This document shows positions 44,960-54,985 of a stretch of 64,000 bases of DNA, one piece after another. Below the pieces are notes generated by a model. The model did no database searches. It was not told the DNA's origin and saw nothing but the letters and a program-made list of their open reading frames with translations. The DNA lies in assembly GCA_965209085.1 (NCBI GenBank), contig OZ242376.1, positions 1,184,001-1,248,000 of the forward strand, read 5' to 3'. The stretch's first letter is position 1. Each line of letters begins with the position of its first letter. A program made the position numbers and the translations under genes. Source of the DNA: Nitrosopumilaceae archaeon. Lineage in GTDB: Archaea > Thermoproteota > Nitrososphaeria > Nitrososphaerales > Nitrosopumilaceae.

Positions 44960-46006
44960 ATGATGCAAATTAAGGATATTTTTGGAATGTTACAATATAA
45001 TAAATCGTCTAAAAATAATAATTGTAGATTCAATACCAATATTGATCTTATAAAATTTATCCAACAACGCTCTACAATAATTCATAAATCACGTCATCAA
45101 GAAATTAATAAAATATTAAAAATTGCTAATTTTATAAATAATACATTATATAATATTCCTACTTGTTATACATCTAGATGTGGTCATCAAATTGTACATG
45201 ATCCTGATCAACAATATTCTGAACATGATACATCTAGACAAATTAGTTCTCTATTAATTCGTGAATTTGATGAGTTATTAGTAAACCTATATTCTGGTTC
45301 AAATATGTCAGCACTTAGAATAGCACGTTCTATGATGGAGTGTTTATTACTTGTTGTTGCTGCAATTTCAGATCAATCAATATTTTACGAATCTTCTTCA
45401 AATAAAAATAAGCCGATGTGTTTTGCAGCTTTGCAGCAAACATTACGAGTACAAAAAATTGTTAAATCAGCTAAAAAAAATGGATTCCCAACAAAAAAAT
45501 TGCAAAATGATATGATGGGTATTGATAAATCGGTTCCAGCATTGGCATATTATTTCAATGCTAAAATCCCAGATGGAATAGGAAAAATCCCTAATGCATT
45601 AAATAAAAAAATAATAAATAATTTCGCAATAGTTGACTCTGATACTAAAATGAATGAATGTGGCAGTCAAGCTCTATACTCAATTTATAAATCATTATCA
45701 GAATATGTTCATATTGATCTAACTAAATTATATGATCAAAAATATGATAATTCAATACAATCTAACAATTTAGATGAATTTGATGAAATATTTCCAATAT
45801 TACTTACAGCCATAGATACAGTTATCTATTTTTATATAATTTTACTAGACATAAATAATTATAACGATGATGTTATTTTAAGAACATATATAACTAAACA
45901 TTTTCCAAAGATAAAATACAAAGATAACACATTGTATGCATGCTCAAAATTATTAAATAGTAAAAATTGGAAAAACAAAAATATGAAATTCACTGATCCA
46001 TATTAA
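44960..46006 (+). CDS. Hypothetical protein, HEPN-like (DUF5677-like pattern)
   Basis: ALRIARSMME ... YKSLSEYVH pattern. The track's start at 44867 lies within the IS end, so ATG ~44960 is preferred. Confidence 0.55.
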   Translation: MMQIKDIFGMLQYNKSSKNNNCRFNTNIDLIKFIQQRSTIIHKSRHQEINKILKIANFINNTLYNIPTCYTSRCGHQIVHDPDQQYSEHDTSRQISSLLIREFDELLVNLYSGSNMSALRIARSMMECLLLVVAAISDQSIFYESSSNKNKPMCFAALQQTLRVQKIVKSAKKNGFPTKKLQNDMMGIDKSVPALAYYFNAKIPDGIGKIPNALNKKIINNFAIVDSDTKMNECGSQALYSIYKSLSEYVHIDLTKLYDQKYDNSIQSNNLDEFDEIFPILLTAIDTVIYFYIILLDINNYNDDVILRTYITKHFPKIKYKDNTLYACSKLLNSKNWKNKNMKFTDPY

Positions 46007-46009
46007 ATT

Positions 46010-47379
46010 AGAGTTTATGCACAATCAATCCCATAGACATACGATTCTGACTGTGGCATTACCATGATCAAAACGCATAGTGAATAAAGTTCTCAAGCAG
46101 ACAACAAAATAAATCAAAATGTCATATATATGACAAAAAGCAAAATATTATGCGTGACCGTGTGCACAAAAATGTACTATTTGATTTGCGGGCAGACTCT
46201 CTCCAACGGTTCGATGTATTTACGATCCTTTAACATGTTATGCAGATTGGTCAGTCCTGTAACCACTTGGATTTCTGTATAAAACGCATCCATTGTATCA
46301 TCACATATGGCACTCATTCTACGGAACCATTTGAGCCGGTTTATGGCATGCTCTATTTTTATGCGCTTACGACTGATCCTCTTGCTGTATTCGCGTTCCG
46401 TCTCTGTCAGCCCCTTACCCTTTGGTTTTTTGTACGGCTACTTTAAGATAATTCCAGGATAGTCTTTTTCCACGGACAAGTATCCCTTGTCGGTGTAGAG
46501 TGTAATTTGGTACTCTTTTTTGGTATCAGAGTTTTTCATACCATCGGTCCATTTGCCAAAATTTGGCAGATTACGTCGCAGTACCTTCATGTCGTGTGCC
46601 GAGCCCTCTTCGGGTCTGCCAATGTCAAGTACCAGCCCATCCTTGTTGGATGTTATCTGTACGTTGTAGACGTACCTCTTACGCTTTCCAGAGTATACTA
46701 CCTCTTGGCTCTCCTGCGGTCTTTGAACCTGTACAGATGTGGCATCAAGATACAGATCTCCACCACCCCTGCCTGATGCGAATTTTTTAAACGACTCGAC
46801 GGTACGCTCTTCCCGTATTGCAGCACCAACATTCTCAGCCGTTGGAAGAATATTCATCAACAATTCATCAGAAAAGGTCAGATATCGGCTGATGGTACTC
46901 TGATCAACGCCGGCAATGACCGCAAGCATTTCCTGTTGGGGGTTATTGCGCTTGTGGCAGTGTGACAAACAAAATTTGTGGCGCAGTAAGGATACATGTA
47001 TTTCCCGGATCGTCGACATATTCTGAAAAGCGAGGGGTTTCTGGCGAGTCTACAGCGTTTATGAACCGTTCCTGAATCCATTCAAATTCTTCACGATCCA
47101 TTCCAGTCATCCCGTATAGATAATTATCATCATCAACCATATGGTTCAAGTATTAGTAAGCAGATTGTTTTTCGGTCTTATCCCCATCTATCATTTTTTT
47201 GTAGCGTTGATTTTCTGCTTCAAGATTGGAGATTCTTTTTTCCAACTTGGAGATTATTCTTTTTTCCAACTTGGAGATTATACGTTTGTCTGTGGCACAC
47301 ATGTTGTGTGGTTGTAATACTTGATCATAGATCTTTCGATTCATCAAAATTGCTTTTTTGGTTAATATGCACAAACTCT
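46010..47379 (-). mobile_element. IS5-superfamily (ISL2-like) element, copy 2, pseudogenised
   Basis: Frameshifted paralog of 11..1165; AGAGTTT.TGCA-type IRs; ATT target duplication. Confidence 0.9.
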
Positions 47380-47428
47380 ATTGAGTGTTCATGTATTATT
47401 AACAATATAATTTACACCACATATTTTA

Positions 47429-48256
47429 CTACAAATGACACATTGTACACGATTTTGCGTCATCTTCATCATCTAGCGCTTCAGATAAAACATCAACCAA
47501 TGGCAAGTTTTTTCGACTAGATTTTGCTTTTAAAAGTGCAAGTTTATGTTTTTCTTCAATTTCAGAACGCCTACCAATTAATTCTGGCAATGTTTCCCCC
47601 GGAGACCAAGAATACTGACGTTCTTTCATAGCATGATCTTCAAATGAGGATTTTCCATCATTCATTACTTTTTGTTCTATAGCTACGGCCTGTTTAAATA
47701 AATCAGGATGTTTATCAGCTAGTCCTACCCATTCGGATTTTCTCTGAAAAAAACAAAAATAACAACCAGAACGTGTGCGCCATTCATAATAATCAGGCAA
47801 ACCTATTCCAGATTCTTCCAGTATGCGTAATATGTCCACATGTTCCATATTGTCATCTATAAAAGGAAATTTAGTTGTAATGTTGGGTTTTGACGAAATA
47901 TGTCCTTTACGGTTTTTTTCATCTGCACGAATTGCCACATATGATACAGTTTCATCATCCCCAATCCATTCTTCTAGTGGTTTGATCTTTAATAATTTAG
48001 TACACCATCGCATTTGGGGGGATGGTAAAGTTCCACGAAATACCTCAAAATAATGATCAAATCCCCTCTTAGAATTAAGTCGGGCTATAGGTTTGCCAAG
48101 CACTGTTTCTAATTTTTTCAAATAAGTATAAGTCTCTGGAAGCTCAGCTCCGGTATCACAGAAAAAATACTCCATTTCTGGAACTTTTTCACGCATATAC
48201 ACTGCTAATGCACTAGAATCCTTCCCTCCAGATATACCACAAACATGTCTAACCAT
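47429..48256 (-). CDS. PAPS reductase-family protein (SspD/DndC-like)
   Basis: GISGGKDS PP-loop, DTGAELPET, RWCT, RSGCYFC and C-terminal CxxC. Confidence 0.9.
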   Translation of the reverse strand: MVRHVCGISGGKDSSALAVYMREKVPEMEYFFCDTGAELPETYTYLKKLETVLGKPIARLNSKRGFDHYFEVFRGTLPSPQMRWCTKLLKIKPLEEWIGDDETVSYVAIRADEKNRKGHISSKPNITTKFPFIDDNMEHVDILRILEESGIGLPDYYEWRTRSGCYFCFFQRKSEWVGLADKHPDLFKQAVAIEQKVMNDGKSSFEDHAMKERQYSWSPGETLPELIGRRSEIEEKHKLALLKAKSSRKNLPLVDVLSEALDDEDDAKSCTMCHL

Positions 48257-48329
48257 GCCTAATGTTATAGAGTCATGATTTTAAAACTTTTATTTGGAAA
48301 CTATCAATTTCATAACTAATGGATGAAAT

Positions 48330-50742
48330 AAGCCCATGGGGGTAATGCTAGAATATATAAAATATGGGGATCTGAAAAAATACCCGATATTAGATCTGGA
48401 AGTAGTTTTATTGTTATGGGATATGCAAAATATAATAGCATATTAAAGAAAAATAAATCATTTTCGTTAGAACCGGATCTAGTGGTTGTAGATGAAGCTC
48501 ACCAAATCATCGTCAAAAAATATGTAAAATTATTACATTTGCTCACACCATTTTTGAAAGGTACGAGAGTAATTGTATTATCTGCCACTCCAGGTAGAGG
48601 TACAAAAATAGAACAAAATTTGAAACTAGTAGAATAATTTAACGATAATATAGAAAGAATCAGCGTTCCTAATGAATCGACTGAAAAATTAGATGATCAT
48701 AATGTAATTGCACATTTAGAAGAGCAAGGAATTCTATCCAGGATTGATCCTGACCCATTGATGACAAATATTAGATTTGATCTTTCAGATAAGGTTTGAA
48801 AACGTTTTGTCAAAATGATTGGAGATAAATATACTGATTTTGAAGAAACTGATCTTGTAAATCTTACCAAAAATATTCATAGAAATGCATTGACAGCACA
48901 ACGAATAATAGAATTATTAAAAAAGAAAAAAAGAATTTTATATTTTTGAACCACAAGCGAACAAACGTTGTTAATGTATGCGGTGATTTTAAAATTAGGA
49001 TATAATGCAGGATATGTTAATAGACCTCATGCATAATTAACTAAAAAATCAATTTTGGCAAATCGAAAGATCTATGATCTAGTATCATGTGAGCATAGCA
49101 TGTGCAAATCAGACAAACGCATGATCTCTAAACTGGAAAAGACGATCTTAAAGATGGAAAAGACGATCCTAAAGATGGAAAAGAATAGCTCCAGGCAGGA
49201 ATCAGAAATTCAACACTACAAAAAGATGGCACAGAGTAGCAATGATGACAAAAGACAACATGTCGATAAATATTTGAACAAGGGAATTGGGAATGATGTT
49301 CATCTATATGAAATGACAGGAATGAACCGTGAAGAATTTGAATGGATTCTAGAACGGTTCAAAAAAACCGTAGAAAATTCATCAGAGATTCCCCGCTTTT
49401 CAGAATATGTGGACGATCCTGGAAACACCTGTATCCTTACCGTAAAGCAAGTTTTGTTTATCGTATTGTGCCGCAAACGCAATAATCTCAAACAGGGAGC
49501 ACTTGCGTTCATTGCAGACGTTGATCAGAGCACCATTAGCAGATATCTGACATTTTCTGATGAACTATTGATGGATATTCTTCCAACGGCTAAGAATATT
49601 GGTGCTGCAATACGGACAATACGTACAAGCGAGTTGTTTAAAAAATTCGTACCCGGCAGAGGCGGCGGCGAGCTATATCTTGATGCCACGTTTGTACAGG
49701 TTCAAAGACCGCAGGAGAATCAAGAGGCAGTATATTCTGGAAAGCGCAAAAGGCACGTCTACAGCATACAGATAACCTCCAACAAAGATGGAGTGGTAAA
49801 TGACATTGGCGGTCCAGAAGAGGGCTCAGTACATGACATGGAGGTACTGCGGCGTAATCCGCCAAATTTTGGCAAATGGACCGATGGCATGAAAAACTCT
49901 GATACAAAAAAAGAGCGCCAAATTACACTCTACACCGACAAGGGATACTTGTCCGTGGAAAAAGACTATCCTGGAATTATCTCAAAGCAGCCATACAAAA
50001 AACCAAAGGGTAGGGGATTGACAGAGACAGAACGCGAATATAGCAAGAGGATCAGTCGTAAGCGCATAAAAGTAGAGCATGCCATAAACCGGCTCAAATG
50101 GTTTCGCAGAATGAGTGCCGTATATGATGACACAATGGATGCATTTTATACAGAAATCCAAGTGGTTACAGGACTGACCAATCTGCACATCATGTTAAAG
50201 GATCGCAAGTATATCGAACCGTTGGAAAAAATTTGCCCTCAAATCAAGTAGCACATCTTTGTGCATACAGTCACGCATAATATCCTGCTTTTTGTCATGC
50301 ATATGATATTTGGATTTATTTTGTTGTCTGCTTGAAGGTTTTAGGCCATATGTACTTTGATCATGACAGTGTCATAGTAGGAACCGTATGTCTTTGCAGT
50401 TGATTATGCATGAACTCTAATGCAAAAACAGATAAAGAATTTAGAAAACAATTCATCATCAATAATTTTAGGGGTGGTGAAATTGACATTATTTTCAATC
50501 ATTCTGTATTTATCACATGATTTGATGCACCAGAAACTGACGTAATTTTTATTGCACGACCAATCTGCTCTCCAATATTAATATCTCAAATGGTTAGCAT
50601 AGGATTAAGAGGGTCCAATGTTGGAGGGACCAAATCATGTACGTTAGTACAAGTTGTAGATGAACTCAACAATCCATCTGAATTTGATCCGTATGCCAGC
50701 TATAGAATATTTCATCCGTATTGGCAAATTGATTCAGAATAA
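48330..50742 (+). pseudogene. Second SF2 helicase, disrupted by stops and an IS insertion
   Basis: VVDEAHQ and LSATPGR before the IS; T*FDAPETDVIFIARP..SQMV..GLRG..VGG after it. Removing the IS restores GYVNAKTD. Confidence 0.82.
49022..50418 (+). mobile_element. IS5-superfamily (ISL2-like) element, copy 3; intact transposase 49055..50251
   Basis: IRs AGACCTCATGCATAAT / ATTATGCATGAACTCT; AAT target duplication. Confidence 0.92.
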
Positions 50743-50766
50743 TTTTTTCAACAGTACAAAATTTAT

Positions 50767-51858
50767 TTACATACGTCTTTCCATAAACCCATATTCTTTA
50801 CAATTGTTATAATGTCTCTTTATTTCAGGTTCCCAGCCACGGCCCAAATCTAGCGTAGCAAGTGATTTTTTTAATACAGGTATTTGATGTTCATATTTAA
50901 TATTACGCTCTATCAGATAATTTAAAAACTTGAATTGGGCTAGAGAATTACTTTTTTTACAATTGCATTCCTGACATGCCAGTACAAGATTCCATGCACT
51001 GTCTTCAAATATGTAAGACCAAGGTATGAAATGATCCACATGTGTTGAAGGCATTTCATTCAATGTGCCATTACAGTAAAAACAATGTTTGACATCCTTG
51101 TATGTATTTAGATAATGGGTTAACGAACGTCTTCGTGCTTCTTCGGTTTCTATTTTTGCAATAAGTCTAGGAAATGTGTTGATTTTTTCAAGAAATTTAG
51201 ACCATTCCAATATCACTGTTTTAAACAAAACGGCATAATTTTGATTTAAAAAAACTGCAGCTTGTGGGAACAAAGTTATGTATTGTTTATCATCATCAAA
51301 ATCATAAAATATATTTTTCTGCATTACTTTGGCACCGATTCTCACATTTTGAAATCGCGGGACAACTAGAGATGTTTTTATGCGGGCATGTCCAAATACT
51401 TTTTTTAATATCTTTTTCCTTGCAGTTTTTACCAAATTATTTTCATTTTGTGCATATTTAGAAAACCCTTCTGGAATATACTGATCACCGAACGTACTGC
51501 GTAATATTTTAATGACTGATGGGGGCCTTTCATTGTAAAAATTTTGTTTTATCCTGTATCTGAATTCTTGATGCCAATAATATCTCAAAAATGCGTCTGC
51601 TAGCTCTTCATAACGTATGATGATTGTTTCATTAGTTTCCACCATCTTTGATAATCTGCTTGCAGGTAGAGCATTGCAATAATCCAAAAGAAATCTTGCT
51701 AACGCAAATTTGTAGGTATTATTTTTGTAACCGTGCGTCATAATGTGTATGAAAGTTTTTCTCAACTCGTCGGATTGATTCATCATGCATGCATGGTAGA
51801 CATACAGAGATTTAAGATCTCGTCTTATTTTTTGACAGATCTGCCACAAACACCTCAT
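50767..51858 (-). CDS. HNH endonuclease with N-terminal YKFAL domain (true start probably ~51786)
   Basis: CFYC...HVDHFIPWS...WNLVLACQECNCKKSN. Confidence 0.88.
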   Translation of the reverse strand: MRCLWQICQKIRRDLKSLYVYHACMMNQSDELRKTFIHIMTHGYKNNTYKFALARFLLDYCNALPASRLSKMVETNETIIIRYEELADAFLRYYWHQEFRYRIKQNFYNERPPSVIKILRSTFGDQYIPEGFSKYAQNENNLVKTARKKILKKVFGHARIKTSLVVPRFQNVRIGAKVMQKNIFYDFDDDKQYITLFPQAAVFLNQNYAVLFKTVILEWSKFLEKINTFPRLIAKIETEEARRRSLTHYLNTYKDVKHCFYCNGTLNEMPSTHVDHFIPWSYIFEDSAWNLVLACQECNCKKSNSLAQFKFLNYLIERNIKYEHQIPVLKKSLATLDLGRGWEPEIKRHYNNCKEYGFMERRM

Positions 51859-51984
51859 TGATCATGGTAGACGTTCATTGAAAACTTTAACGAATTAGGT
51901 AAAAATTACAATATTTAAGGCAATCTGTTTTCATAAAGTCCATTTCAATAACAATATAACGAACATCCAATAGTAACATAATTC

Positions 51985-53019
51985 ATGGCAATGATGATTT
52001 TCTTTAAAGTTGCCAGTATGTATTTACATCATTATTTGATTATTCTATTTTTTATCATAATTGCATTTTCAATTACGCCCTATGTGTATCCAGAATTAGA
52101 TTGTATGGATTACGGCCAAAAGCATGATGGTATTGGGCATGAAATTATAAAAAAAATTAATACATCCGACACCCATTTTTTTCTATCATTATGTTAGATC
52201 GTTGATAATGAAATATACGTTGGTGAGTCAATAACGATATATGCCAAAATTTATGGTCCACATTATGAAAATAATATAAATTATGATTACATAACCATTA
52301 CATTTCTTGATACATATCTAAATTATTGGAATGAATATTCCGATGATGTAATGAACAATTACATACAGGGTCCCCGTTATGAGAACATAACAAAAATTTA
52401 TGAGGTGGATTACATAGATAACAATGATGTTGATAGATTAAAATATAATTATACAAATAAAATAATTGCATATCCGAATTTTAATCATACGTTATTCAAA
52501 TCCGAACCAATAAATTTAAAATTTATTGTACCTGAGATAATAGATGTGACGTATTGCGAGTATCCATTAATTAAAAAATGTGATGTCATACACAATATTA
52601 TCAAACCTGCCTCATATGATCTAGGTGAAAGACTTCGAACTAATAATATACTTAAAGATGATTCAAAAAGTCTTATTTTTTTAGTAGATCAGTCATCGAC
52701 GATTGCAGTTGTTGGAATTGCAATTTCCATGGGTTTATCAGTAATATCATTAATATATTTAATTTATCCTTATAACCGATCAAAGAATATTCTGAGTTCG
52801 TTTTTGAAACAATCAAGATATGAACTTAAAATTCCAATCAGTGGCGAAAATAAACTTCAAGATTCAACTGATATGTCATACTTATTCCCTAATCACAGAT
52901 CGAAAAAATATCGCATAATTATGATATGGATTTTTAGCGGATTAACAATAATTTTGTCTATCATTTTGGTCAATACGGTAAGTCGTATTCAGGAATTCTA
53001 TGAAAAAATACAACCATGA
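51985..53019 (+). pseudogene. Membrane protein gene with one in-frame TAG (52195)
   Basis: ORFs 51985..52197 and 52351..53019 share a frame and the gap is open; N-terminal and two C-terminal hydrophobic helices. Confidence 0.6.
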
Positions 53020-53074
53020 TATTAACAATATTTTATTTTATATGTATACGATTACCAATATAATAGTGCATACA

Positions 53075-53377
53075 TTATTTAATCTTCGATACATCCGCGC
53101 ACATCTTTGAGCGCCTTTTAGTAAGATGTGCAGATGCATCTTTTTTCCCCATATACTTTACGCACTCTAAAATGTTCTCGGCGTATTTTTTCATCTGCTT
53201 GTCTATGGTCTTGTTAAACTCGGCTGCAGCCTTTATCAGGCTCTCCTGGCTATAGTTTGCTGGATCGCCTTTTCTGCCTAGAAAGAACTGTTTTTTGCCG
53301 GCCAAAATGTAGACGTATTCCTCACCGCTCACTTCCCTAACAAATAACCCCATTACAATCTTTAAATTGTAATCCAT
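53075..53377 (-). CDS. Small basic protein divergent from the integrase (candidate regulator/excisionase)
   Basis: 100-aa ORF with FVREVSGEEYVY...FLG; shares a 68-bp intergenic region with int. Confidence 0.6.
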   Translation of the reverse strand: MDYNLKIVMGLFVREVSGEEYVYILAGKKQFFLGRKGDPANYSQESLIKAAAEFNKTIDKQMKKYAENILECVKYMGKKDASAHLTKRRSKMCADVSKIK

Positions 53378-53447
53378 TAAATAACTTATCTACAAGGTAT
53401 AGATTATAAACGCTTAAATATATCGCCTATAATGTATAGATTGTAAT
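53352..53447. promoter_or_regulatory. Divergent promoter region with ATTACAATCTATAC-type repeats
   Basis: Copies at 53352 (partial), 53397 and 53428..53447 around CTTAAATATA. Confidence 0.55.
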
Positions 53448-54732
53448 GACAACACAACCCGATCAGGATAAAGGTAAAATAACCGCTTATTGCCATAATA
53501 CAACTAATGAAGTCGCCGCAAGGTTGACCGATGTGGGAAAAAAAATGCAAGCGGTCAACACTACAATTAAAAATACAAAAAAAGCTAGAATGTTGAGCAA
53601 TCCAGACATAAAGCGATGGTTTGACAACAATGCTAGAGGCAGCAAACCAAGTGCAGAATCAAAGCTACGAAGATTGGGCATATTTTGTCAAAATCACCAA
53701 ATGACACCCATGCAAGTGGCAGAGTTGGGCATGAAGGACGTAAAGACCATAACGGATCTACTAGTGGATCACGTCACAATCATGGAAGAGAAAGGCTATG
53801 CACCAAGCTATATTCTGGCAATTCTCAAGGCTGTAAAATCATGGCTCAGGCACTTTGATGTATACGTACAGCGCAAAATCCAAGTCACAAACTCGCACAT
53901 GACGCCTACTTTAGAGAATGAACGGGTTCCAAATGCTGCAGAGATGACAGAAATATTCAACAGTGCATCCCAAAGAGATGCCATCATCATATCACTCATG
54001 GCAAAATCCGGACTCAGACCGGAAGTCATAGGCAATCATGATGGAACAGATGGACTCAAAATGAAAGATCTGCCAGATATTGCAATACAAGGTGGAGTGG
54101 CAATCTGTACTCAAAAACCAATGCGTATCATAGTCAGAGCAGAACTGTCAAAAACAAGACACCAGTACTTTACTTTGGCAACAACGACGGCCACCTGTAG
54201 AATACTCTCGTACATAAACGAGAGACTCTCAAGGGGCGAGGCGTTGCACGGAAATACACCATTAATAGCTCCTGAATCAGGCACAAACAACCGCAGAGGT
54301 TTAAACAGAGACAAACCATTTCTGCCGACCATGCACATCAGCCGCAGGGTACGCCAGGTATTCAGACCAAGATTTACCTGGAGGCCATACGTTCTGAGAG
54401 CATACTTTGACACACAGCTCTTAATTGCCGAATCCAAAGGATTGATTGCACACGACTTTCGCGTATTCTTTATGGGTCACGTTGGCAGCATAGAGGCAAC
54501 GTACACGACAAATAAGACAATGCTGCCAGAAGATCTTGTGGATGCAATGCGTGATTCATTCAAACGTGCAGAAAAATATCTGGACATTGAGACCATGCAG
54601 GAAGACAAAACAGCAGAGACAAAAGAAAAGGCACATACGCACATTCAAAACGCAAAACCGGACGAGCTTGAAGCTATACTAGAGGCACTTGAGAAACTCA
54701 AGGCCGGTAAAATGCTCCAAGTCAGCGCGTAG
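53446..54732 (+). CDS. int: Tyrosine recombinase/integrase (archaeal type)
   Basis: SGLRPE, LSK, PYVLRAYF, FFMGH and catalytic Y (EATY); adjacent to the tRNA. Confidence 0.92.
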   Translation: MTTQPDQDKGKITAYCHNTTNEVAARLTDVGKKMQAVNTTIKNTKKARMLSNPDIKRWFDNNARGSKPSAESKLRRLGIFCQNHQMTPMQVAELGMKDVKTITDLLVDHVTIMEEKGYAPSYILAILKAVKSWLRHFDVYVQRKIQVTNSHMTPTLENERVPNAAEMTEIFNSASQRDAIIISLMAKSGLRPEVIGNHDGTDGLKMKDLPDIAIQGGVAICTQKPMRIIVRAELSKTRHQYFTLATTTATCRILSYINERLSRGEALHGNTPLIAPESGTNNRRGLNRDKPFLPTMHISRRVRQVFRPRFTWRPYVLRAYFDTQLLIAESKGLIAHDFRVFFMGHVGSIEATYTTNKTMLPEDLVDAMRDSFKRAEKYLDIETMQEDKTAETKEKAHTHIQNAKPDELEAILEALEKLKAGKMLQVSA

Positions 54733-54869
54733 TCGATTCAGATACAGCCGAGAAACTAATCGAGAAAGGCTGGAAATTCACAGGTGTTTTGCCTAATGGT
54801 AGAGTCATTCTAGCAAAAGTATTGTGATCGCTGCGCATGAAATATCCGGGGTTACAGCCTTGGGGGGAG

Positions 54870-54944
54870 CGGACCCGAGGGGATTCGAACCCCCGACCTA
54901 GCACTTCGGAAGCGCTCGCACTATCCACGCTATGCAACGAGTCC
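54870..54944 (-). tRNA. tRNA-Arg(CCG)
   Basis: Cloverleaf: acceptor GGACTCG/CGGGTCC, anticodon arm AGCGC-TTCCGAA-GTGCT, T arm GGGGG-TTCGAAT-CCCCT; no encoded CCA. Confidence 0.95.
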
Positions 54945-54985
54945 AACATGTAGAAAAAATCTCCTCTTAATGTTAGTTTTTACAC

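Larger units (their letters stand above)
2955..54894. mobile_element. ~52-kb integrated element / defence island at tRNA-Arg(CCG)
   Basis: att repeats at both ends, tyrosine integrase next to the tRNA, AT-rich accessory cargo and many IS; core genes resume after the tRNA. Confidence 0.82.

Noticed and set aside
47429-48256. Sulfate-assimilation CysH
   Set aside because: No cys genes nearby; motifs and context fit the DNA-modification clade.
50767-51858. Cas9/IscB-like RNA-guided nuclease
   Set aside because: No RuvC motifs, bridge helix or adjacent array seen.
52195-52197. Pyrrolysine/readthrough TAG
   Set aside because: No pyl machinery in view and many other nonsense mutations nearby; a simple pseudogene is more likely.
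2955-54894. Provirus, conjugative element or casposon
   Set aside because: No capsid, terminase, VirB4/relaxase, PolB or Cas1 recognised.
54722-54949. 75-aa ORF in the track
   Set aside because: It overlaps the tRNA-Arg and att site; spurious.
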